Below are positions 1 through 4,990 of a stretch of DNA of 6,160 bases, piece after piece; position 1 is the first letter of the stretch; each line of letters begins with the position of its first letter. The translations under genes were made by a program, and so were the position numbers. This DNA comes from a virus: positions 1 through 6,160 of IMG/VR virus record IMGVR_UViG_3300020026_000001, one strand, 5' to 3'. Under the pieces are notes generated by a model, which searched no databases, was not told the DNA's origin, and saw only the letters and a program-made list of their open reading frames with translations.

Positions 1-121
1 CTCGGTTATATGTATTGTTCGACGACGACACAGCCGAAGGATAGAACTGACTCTCAAAATAAGCATCGAGGAATTCGAGATTTCCGAATCTTTGCGAGAA
101 AAACCTCGACACGTCGCCGAA
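1..121. repeat. Terminal direct repeat, copy 1; marks the end redundancy of a circular 6039-nt genome
   Basis: Read directly: 1..121 (ctcggttatatgtattgttcgacg...acgtcgccgaa) matches 6040..6160 base for base. The offset is 6039. Confidence 0.95.
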
Positions 122-742
122 CTGAAGAGTATTATACGCGGTACCGGTGCTATTGGGAATCAGATACCAAGTACTGGGCCAAGCGAAAGAATAGAGTCCC
201 CACTGGGAATAACTATAGTAATTGCGGACAATGTCCCAATAAGCAAGATAAGAATCGGCAGTACACCAGCCTAAAGGATACGACAACTGGGCCGTTGTAA
301 GATTAGCAGACACCGGAACATTACTCGAGGTCGGAGTCGGTATAGACCCGGGAATAACACGCAACCAACGAAGCAGCGAATTAGAATACGGATAATTATC
401 AGACGTAAATTCGTACGAACCTGTAGAAGAAGCGGCAATAAAATTCAAACTCAAATCGTTCATATCAAACTTACTACTATTCGTTCGCATCTCCGGATGG
501 TACAGCTGTAAAGGCACCCAAAAACGGTGAAGTCGAATAGTATAGGGATTGAATGTCGGAACAGCAAGCGGGTTACTGCGAATATCAACTCCTTGTTCAA
601 TGGATACACGATCCCGGGCGTTAATAAAATCGATCCGCACCGGATACAAAATACCCGGTGTACACGTAAAGGCCTTACTCTCAGGGACATCATAACGAGA
701 GTAGCCATTAACGGCATGTGAGATAAAAGGTTGTTTTCCCAT
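1..742 (-). CDS. VP1: Major capsid protein VP1 (phiX174 F-like), N-terminal part; continues across the circular junction into 6039..4991
   Basis: The ATG is at 742..740. I checked all 247 minus-strand codons from 742 down to position 2 and found no stop. It translates as MGKQPFISHAVNGYSRYDVPESKAFTCTPGILYPVRIDFINARDRVSIEQGVDIRSNPLAVPTFNPYTIRLHRFWVPLQLYHPEMR...LAYWDIVRNYYSYSQW...FGD, then runs into VSRFFSQ. The frame matches ORF 4991..6151 (6151-6039=112; both 742 and 112 are 1 mod 3). The PTFNPY..RLHRFWVP and YWDIVRNYY blocks resemble conserved Microviridae capsid segments, from memory. The ORF track misses this piece because it runs off the window edge. Confidence 0.9.
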   Translation of the reverse strand, partial: MGKQPFISHAVNGYSRYDVPESKAFTCTPGILYPVRIDFINARDRVSIEQGVDIRSNPLAVPTFNPYTIRLHRFWVPLQLYHPEMRTNSSKFDMNDLSLNFIAASSTGSYEFTSDNYPYSNSLLRWLRVIPGSIPTPTSSNVPVSANLTTAQLSYPLGWCTADSYLAYWDIVRNYYSYSQWGLYSFAWPSTWYLIPNSTGTAYNTLQFGDVSRFFSQRFGNLEFLDAYFESQFYPSAVSSSNNTYNR

Positions 743-745
743 AAA

Positions 746-1816
746 TTAAATGTTTAGTTGAAGTTTATAGTGATCTCTCCAAAACTGAAGAATATTCATA
801 TCCAGAAAAACAGGGGGGTCAAAATCGGGCATCCTGCGAGAAGAAGCAGCGAAGCGCATCATTTGCTTCTGCTCCCACGTATACGACGCTCTACGGGATA
901 CGGCGGAACTGAGATTGAACCGCTTAACACACAAAGACACAACACGCCTAACCAGAGAAGACTTGCTAAAACGTGCATAAGAATCAGCAGCGGTAATCGA
1001 ACGACAAACTTCATCTTCAGGTTTGAGATACTTAAGATAGTATCGAGGAATCGAGTAATTGTAATCGATACGCTTCTCAAAATCAAAATAAGACCACGAC
1101 GAAGTACGAGCAGAAGGGCGAGGCATATAACCGAGAAAATCACCAACGCCAGCAGATACGAATTTTCGCGTATAACGGCGATGTTGGAGGAGGCAAGATA
1201 AAGGGACAGAGTTTCCATCTACAGTAACATATTTATCCGAAATTTCTTCGGGGTTGAATTGAATTTGTTTAGTAACATACTTAACGCAGTAACGAGCACG
1301 CTTATGGGTAGCTTTCGCCAGCCACACAAAACCGAGGTCTCGAACAGCAGAGCGAATCGTATTGTAGAGAACATTCGTGTCAAACAAGAAGCCATGAAAA
1401 TGCAAGCGGGGTTCGTTGCCCGTCTCAGGGTGCGTGCCAAACTCCTGAAAAAAGGCATGCTTGAACGAATGACCGAGTTTGTGACGCAGGCGTTCGTTGA
1501 ATCTCCGAATAAAACAGGACGGATCGATCAAAGCTTGGTCATAATACTTCGGAGCAATCGTTATCGTAATAAAAATAGCCTGCTGAGACTCGGCCTTACA
1601 GCGAGCAAGCTCGCGCTCTAAACGCACGAACCAATCATTGCGCTGACGACGCAGACAGTCTTCGCACCTTCCACAAGGAACCATGAGCCATTGGCGGGCA
1701 ATATCCCAGGGGCGGAGCGCCAAAGCCGACTTCGCAACGTCAGAGCCATCACGACAGGGATTCTTCTTGTCGAAATAGCGACGATTACGTATCCATATGG
1801 GAGACGAACAAGGCAT
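746..1816 (-). CDS. VP4: Rolling-circle replication initiator (Microviridae VP4, phiX174 gpA-like HUH endonuclease), 356 aa
   Basis: Starts with ATG at 1816..1814. Motif I-like FITITIA is at aa 82-88. The HUH motif is RLHFHGFLF, with H139 and H141 at codons 1402..1400 and 1396..1394 (checked). The two-tyrosine motif is YCVKYVTK, with Y176 and Y180 at codons 1291..1289 and 1279..1277 (checked). An upstream Cys cluster reads PCGRCEDCLRRQRNDW. Its stop codon lies 3 nt before the VP1 ATG. Confidence 0.93.
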   Translation of the reverse strand: MPCSSPIWIRNRRYFDKKNPCRDGSDVAKSALALRPWDIARQWLMVPCGRCEDCLRRQRNDWFVRLERELARCKAESQQAIFITITIAPKYYDQALIDPSCFIRRFNERLRHKLGHSFKHAFFQEFGTHPETGNEPRLHFHGFLFDTNVLYNTIRSAVRDLGFVWLAKATHKRARYCVKYVTKQIQFNPEEISDKYVTVDGNSVPLSCLLQHRRYTRKFVSAGVGDFLGYMPRPSARTSSWSYFDFEKRIDYNYSIPRYYLKYLKPEDEVCRSITAADSYARFSKSSLVRRVVSLCVKRFNLSSAVSRRASYTWEQKQMMRFAASSRRMPDFDPPVFLDMNILQFWRDHYKLQLNI

Positions 1817-2016
1817 TACAAGAAACTTCTAAGACAATCAAATCTAATAGCAGGATAATCGAGACGACAGCGAATGAGGTAATCATTAGCGGGCTCTTCG
1901 TTGGAAAACCAGGCGATAACAACTCGCTTCTTGCCTCGATATGCTCCAATAGAAAAACGGTAAGGAATACTGTCAATCACAGGAGAAAAACGGGGGCGAA
2001 AATCAAATATATCCAT
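1816..2016 (-). CDS. Hypothetical 66-aa protein upstream of, and overlapping, Rep
   Basis: Starts with ATG at 2016..2014. Its TAA stop (1818..1816) shares one base with the Rep ATG (TAATG). It is the first ORF after the 243-nt non-coding region. Its +1 frame is open (ORF 1785..1976), as in the confirmed genes. I recognise no motif in it. Confidence 0.5.
   Translation of the reverse strand: MDIFDFRPRFSPVIDSIPYRFSIGAYRGKKRVVIAWFSNEEPANDYLIRCRLDYPAIRFDCLRSFL
1839..1846 (-). promoter_or_regulatory. Possible -7 element (TAGATTTG, fits TAnnTTTG) 23 nt upstream of the Rep ATG
   Basis: Plus-strand CAAATCTA at 1839..1846 is a perfect match to the Bacteroides -7 consensus on the minus strand. No TTTG -33 partner sits at the expected spacing. 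Confidence 0.2.
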
Positions 2017-2259
2017 AATCGTAAAATAATACTTTGCGCTTCGAAAGGCGGTACTTTCGAGCGCGAGAACTACTTCGTTACGCCGGCCGACCGCCTAACG
2101 GCGGGGACGCTACGCGTCTTCGGCCTCCATGGCTCCACTTCGTGATTCTATATACCGGATAAATCCGGTGAGTCTACGGCAAAAACACCCAGGAGAGAAA
2201 AAACTCTCCCGGGGCTTCACAGTCAAAGAACTCTTCCACCAAGAGGGCGGGTTACAATT
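2017..2259 (-). other. Structured, G+C-rich non-coding region (hairpin cluster) between the small-ORF cassette and ORF66/Rep
   Basis: Hairpins read by eye, in plus coordinates. 2036..2064: 11 bp with one bulged T. 2091..2104: ccgcc/ggcgg. 2106..2118: gacgc/gcgtc. 2154..2169: accgga-taaa-tccggt. 2188..2213: 10 bp. 2231..2245: ctctt/aagag. Positions 2036..2120 are about 64% G+C by hand count. No ORF of any length is present. Confidence 0.75.
2180..2214 (-). terminator. Rho-independent terminator after the 2583..2260 ORF
   Basis: The minus-strand RNA reads cccgggagag-uuuuuu-cucuccuggg followed by UGUUUUUG. The stem is 10 bp with a 6-nt loop. Its one non-Watson-Crick pair is G.U on the minus strand but A.C on the plus strand, so the structure is strand-specific. 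It starts about 45 nt past the stop at 2262..2260. Confidence 0.6.
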
Positions 2260-2583
2260 TTAGTTCCTTTTCCTTTCTTCTTTCGGCGCGCTTTCATCGG
2301 AATCGAGATTAAAATCAAACATAAGGACAAGTGTATTGTCAAAAAAATCAACTCGGAAATGAGGTAGGCTACCGCAGGTAGTGACAAGTTCAAAAATTTC
2401 CGAATGATCGACGTAAAGCGAATCGCTAATGAAAGAACTGTTCAGAAAACGCGCGATAGGAGTATCCATAAGAGCACTGAGCGGAAGGGATACAAATTGA
2501 TTATCCTTGAGATAACCTACCTGGGCGAGGTCAATTTTGAGAGCCGGGTTGACGCGGCGAATAACAACGTGAATCTGTTTCAT
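2260..2583 (-). CDS. Hypothetical acidic-tailed protein, 107 aa from ATG 2583 (the track's 131-aa version starts at a TTG at 2655)
   Basis: ATG at 2583..2581 lies 11 nt after the stop of the upstream ORF. Sequence: MKQIHVVIRRVNPALKIDL...FDFNLDSDESAPKEERKRN. The 2655 start is TTG and would overlap the upstream gene by 61 nt. I recognise no family. Confidence 0.6.
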   Translation of the reverse strand: MKQIHVVIRRVNPALKIDLAQVGYLKDNQFVSLPLSALMDTPIARFLNSSFISDSLYVDHSEIFELVTTCGSLPHFRVDFFDNTLVLMFDFNLDSDESAPKEERKRN

Positions 2584-2594
2584 AACAATGTAAT

Positions 2595-2915
2595 TTAAAG
2601 TTTCGATTGAAATTTGAGGTAAAAACACCTCCAAGCGTCGGAATACTTTCTCCAAAAATCATAGCCCTCGGGCGTCGTGTCAAACCAGAAAGCGGTAGAA
2701 ATGAGGTAGGTAGGACCTAAACTCGGGTTGCAAAGAGAGCGCCGAATATGGGCACGCAAACGGTCGCGAAACCCCCCGTAGGGCGAAACGACGACATCGT
2801 AGTTCGTCTTAAAAGCGACGAATATTCCTTGACGAACGAGCCACTCGGTGAAAGCGTAATCGATAACGTCGACAATCAAATCGCCAGCCTTGAAATTTTT
2901 ACTTTCTTTTTTCAT
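2595..2915 (-). CDS. Hypothetical 106-aa, Trp/aromatic-rich protein
   Basis: Starts with ATG at 2915..2913 and stops with TAA at 2597..2595. It is preceded by the promoter-like motif. The C-terminal block reads AFWFDTTPEGYDFWRKYSDAWRCFY. It is not one of the canonical microvirus proteins that I recognise. Confidence 0.65.
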   Translation of the reverse strand: MKKESKNFKAGDLIVDVIDYAFTEWLVRQGIFVAFKTNYDVVVSPYGGFRDRLRAHIRRSLCNPSLGPTYLISTAFWFDTTPEGYDFWRKYSDAWRCFYLKFQSKL

Positions 2916-2941
2916 GGTATTGTGGTTATTGGTTTACAGCA

Positions 2942-2973
2942 CAAAGATACAACCAAAAAGAATAAACGGCAAA
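2942..2973 (-). promoter_or_regulatory. Bacteroides-type promoter candidate: TTTG (-33), 20-nt spacer, TATCTTTG (-7)
   Basis: The minus strand reads TTTGccgtttattctttttggttgTATCTTTG (plus CAAAGATA 2942..2949 and CAAA 2970..2973). This exactly fits the TTTG / TAnnTTTG consensus of Bacteroides primary-sigma promoters. It sits 27 nt upstream of ATG 2915, in the 81-nt gap after VP2. It is the only one of five TAnnTTTG matches I found on this strand that has a correctly spaced -33 element. Confidence 0.45.
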
Positions 2974-2996
2974 GTTCAAAAAGTCGGGGAACTTGT

Positions 2997-4259
2997 TCAA
3001 TTCCTCCTAAAATAGCTGCGGCGAGTGTATGTAGCACCAATTTGATCTCCGGAAGGGCCGTAAACATCGCGCATCTCATCATAGCCAGCAGGAGCAGAAG
3101 CGCCTTTGGTAAGCGCTACGCCGCTAATAGCAAGAGCACCGGCAAGAGCGGTGCGGGCCATCGAATAACCAAAAGCATTCTTCTCTGATCGATTAGAGAA
3201 CCATTGAGCGGAAAGGCCTTGCGACGCATTGGCGGCGGCCATACTCAAAAGATGTTCGTGTATCTGACGGCCGGTTAATTTAACAGTTTTACCAGTAGGC
3301 TTGCCTGATTCGGTGACCTGGGGGACTTCAATTTCGGCTTCCCAGTTGACGCGAAACCACTCACGAAGATCGGACAAACGAACTTTGGCTATATTGAACT
3401 CAGCTTTCGCGAGGTCGCCTGTAGCGGCAGAACTGTAGGCGGCAGCGTAATCGCGAGCAATTTGTGCGGCGTAAATTTGATCAAAATACTTCGAATTGAA
3501 TTCCTTAATCTGAACGGCTTCCTCGACATGCTTACTATATTGGGCAACAAAATCTTGAAATTTATAAGTAGCCATCAAATCTGCATATTCAGCGTCGGCC
3601 ATATGAATATTAGCAAGAGCGCGATTAAGATCAGCAAGAGCAGCAGCGTTATTGACGTTGTGCGTACGAATCTGCTTATCCAACTCGTCGATGTCCTTAC
3701 GCCATTCAACAGTATGTGTATTTCCACGAAGAAGATCAGCCTCGGCGTTGTCACGATTAGAAGCAGCATCGTTACGATCAACCGTAGATTTTGCAACCAT
3801 ATTCTGTGCAATAGCAGTAGGATCGGCAGCGGCAAAACCACCAGGGGCAACGGGAGCACCACCGGAAGGGCCAGAGGCGGAAGACATAGAGGCAGAGCCG
3901 CCCGACATGGTGGCATTGACGCCGACACCCGAAGAGCCTAAAACGGCCGCGGGCGTTACACCAGCCTTCAAATAGCGGTCGAAAACCTTCGAAGGGTCAT
4001 TATATGCATTCTCGTAATCAAACTGTTTCTGCCAATTAGCATAAGAAAGTTCAGACTGCTTTTGCATCTGCTCTAAGGCGTACTGCTGTTGAAGCTTCAT
4101 TTGTTTTTGCTGATAACGCCATTGGCGACGGGCGTTCATACCGCCAAAAAGCTGGCCGAGAGCGCCAGTAATAAGGCCGGTAGTACCGGTAGATGCAGCA
4201 GACTGACCAAGAGCCCGTCCAAAAGATGAGGAGGCGGCGGCAGCAACAGGAATAGCCAT
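2997..4259 (-). CDS. VP2: Minor capsid / DNA pilot protein (Microviridae VP2, phiX174 H-like), 420 aa
   Basis: Starts with ATG at 4259..4257. The N-terminus is Gly/Ala-rich (AAAASSSFGRALGQSAASTGTTGLITGALGQLFGG). A Gln-rich, coiled-coil-like stretch follows (QQKQMKLQQQYALEQMQKQ). Next comes NAYNDPSKVFDRYLKAGVTPAAVLG, which resembles the conserved ..AG.NP.. block of VP2 proteins from memory. A Gly/Ser/Ala low-complexity linker spans aa 108-146. The rest is a long alpha-helical-looking region. This composition and the gene's size are typical of pilot proteins. Confidence 0.8.
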   Translation of the reverse strand: MAIPVAAAASSSFGRALGQSAASTGTTGLITGALGQLFGGMNARRQWRYQQKQMKLQQQYALEQMQKQSELSYANWQKQFDYENAYNDPSKVFDRYLKAGVTPAAVLGSSGVGVNATMSGGSASMSSASGPSGGAPVAPGGFAAADPTAIAQNMVAKSTVDRNDAASNRDNAEADLLRGNTHTVEWRKDIDELDKQIRTHNVNNAAALADLNRALANIHMADAEYADLMATYKFQDFVAQYSKHVEEAVQIKEFNSKYFDQIYAAQIARDYAAAYSSAATGDLAKAEFNIAKVRLSDLREWFRVNWEAEIEVPQVTESGKPTGKTVKLTGRQIHEHLLSMAAANASQGLSAQWFSNRSEKNAFGYSMARTALAGALAISGVALTKGASAPAGYDEMRDVYGPSGDQIGATYTRRSYFRRN

Positions 4260-4260
4260 A

Positions 4261-4452
4261 CTAAATACGAGTTAAATTGTTAGAACGAATAATGTAATCA
4301 ACGCGGACAGTATCAATATGAACGCCGCTACGCTGCACTCTTGCTTGAGCCGAACAAGACGAAAGGAAAAAAGCAGCCAACGCAGCAATAATAGATGAAA
4401 CGAGCGTCCAAAAAGCCTTTGATTTATAAAACGGTTGTTTGACGTCTGACAT
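4261..4452 (-). CDS. Small predicted lipoprotein (63 aa; signal peptide plus lipobox LSSC), translationally coupled to VP2
   Basis: Sequence: MSDVKQPFYKSK-AFWTLVSSIIAALAAFFL-SSC. It has a basic n-region, an 18-residue hydrophobic core and the lipobox L30-S31-S32-C33 (Cys codon 4356..4354, checked). That leaves a 31-residue mature peptide. Its TAG stop (4263..4261) lies 1 nt before the VP2 ATG. Confidence 0.6.
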   Translation of the reverse strand: MSDVKQPFYKSKAFWTLVSSIIAALAAFFLSSCSAQARVQRSGVHIDTVRVDYIIRSNNLTRI

Positions 4453-4681
4453 GATATTAAAAATTTAAGGGAAGCTACGGTGCCGCACCCCCACTTCGTT
4501 CGGGGCGGTTCTCCGAACCGCGAAATGCGTCACCTCGCCACAACGGTGTAAACAATTGAATAAAGAACGATAGAAAAATGCGCGACCTCTCCCGCAGTCG
4601 CTACCAATAACCTTCAACAATTCACGAACTCTTGCAGAAGGGGTTCGCGCACGTAGCATATATCGTCAAGTAAAGAGGGTA
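4453..4681 (-). other. Second structured, G+C-rich region (hairpin cluster), nominally intergenic
   Basis: Hairpins in plus coordinates. 4505..4521: gcggttc-tcc-gaaccgc, 7 bp. 4623..4649: 7 bp, with one pair that is G.U on the minus strand and A.C on the plus strand. 4582..4601: gcgac/gtcgc, followed on the minus strand by GCAUUUUU. 4489..4505: cccc/gggg alternative. Positions 4471..4550 are about 64% G+C by hand count, against about 32% for 4261..4320. Confidence 0.7.
4465..4659 (-). CDS. Doubtful arginine-rich 64-aa ORF inside the structured region (possible J/VP8-like DNA-binding protein, or non-coding)
   Basis: It has an ATG at 4659..4657 and 12 Arg in 64 residues (MLRARTPSARVRELLKV...AVRRTAPNEVGVRHRSFP). 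However, it exactly spans the hairpin cluster, where high G+C alone would give CGN-rich frames. It also contains a weak terminator-like hairpin. Confidence 0.2.
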   Translation of the reverse strand: MLRARTPSARVRELLKVIGSDCGRGRAFFYRSLFNCLHRCGEVTHFAVRRTAPNEVGVRHRSFP

Positions 4682-4978
4682 CTATTTTTCTTCAAGTTTA
4701 GGGGGTTTCGCAGCGGCCTTCGATCTATCTATCTCTGAATCAATGAGTTCCTGGCCAACCTCGAGACCGTCGAACTTATCCATACGAGAGAATGAGTTAG
4801 GGTCGAAATCAATCTCGGGGTCGAACCTTTCACCCTTATCGAAATCAGACGGGGACGCCTCGACATCTGGGCGACCAGGAAGGACATCAACAGAACCAGA
4901 ACCGTTAAGAACGGAAAGAATACGCTGACCACGAGAAATATAGGTAGGAGCGTCCTCAAGTAACCAATTAAGTGCCAT
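4682..4978 (-). CDS. Hypothetical acidic 98-aa protein immediately downstream of VP1 (possible scaffolding-type protein)
   Basis: ATG at 4978..4976 lies 12 nt after the VP1 stop. It has about 21 Asp/Glu against 12 Lys/Arg (DFDKGERFDPEIDFDPNSFSRMDKFDGLEVGQELIDSEIDR) and a Lys/Pro tail (AAAKPPKLEEK). I recognise no family. Confidence 0.6.
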   Translation of the reverse strand: MALNWLLEDAPTYISRGQRILSVLNGSGSVDVLPGRPDVEASPSDFDKGERFDPEIDFDPNSFSRMDKFDGLEVGQELIDSEIDRSKAAAKPPKLEEK

Positions 4979-4990
4979 AAAACCAGTGTA

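Noticed and set aside
466-473. Two further TAnnTTTG matches on the coding strand, inside VP1 (466..473) and at the end of the 107-aa ORF (2316..2323).
   Set aside because: The first has no -33 TTTG. The second has one at only 16-nt spacing. Both lie inside coding sequence with no downstream start codon they would obviously serve. A few such 6-specified-base matches are expected by chance in 6 kb.
2135-2143. The 9-mer ccacttcgt occurs in both structured regions (2135..2143 and 4491..4499), with acttcgt also at 2072..2078. It could be a shared Rep-recognition or nick motif.
   Set aside because: Many 9-mer coincidences are expected by chance in a 6-kb sequence. Even restricted to the two gaps the expectation is not negligible (roughly 0.2). 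The motif is not in equivalent hairpin-loop positions. It would be worth revisiting only if conserved in relatives.
2017-2259. A tRNA, hammerhead or other small ribozyme or riboswitch in the two structured gaps (also 4453..4681).
   Set aside because: I could not build a cloverleaf on either strand: there is no 7-bp acceptor stem with a GTTCRANNC-type T-loop. The ttcgaaa at 2040..2046 lacks a pairing T-stem. No CUGAnGA...GAAA hammerhead core is present.
2584-2655. A 24-codon N-terminal extension of the 2260 ORF, giving the 131-aa version in the track.
   Set aside because: Its start codon at 2655..2653 is TTG, not ATG. It would overlap the conserved-looking C-terminus of the upstream ORF by 61 nt. 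An ATG at 2583 sits 11 nt after that ORF's stop.
4281-4310. A dif-like XerC/D site (gaATAATGTAATca resembles the centre of E. coli dif), relevant because some Bacteroidales microviruses are thought to integrate via host Xer recombinases.
   Set aside because: Only the left arm and spacer resemble dif. The right arm (caacgcggaca) has no match to TTATGTTAAAT. The site is also inside the lipoprotein coding sequence. No integrase or other lysogeny gene is present.
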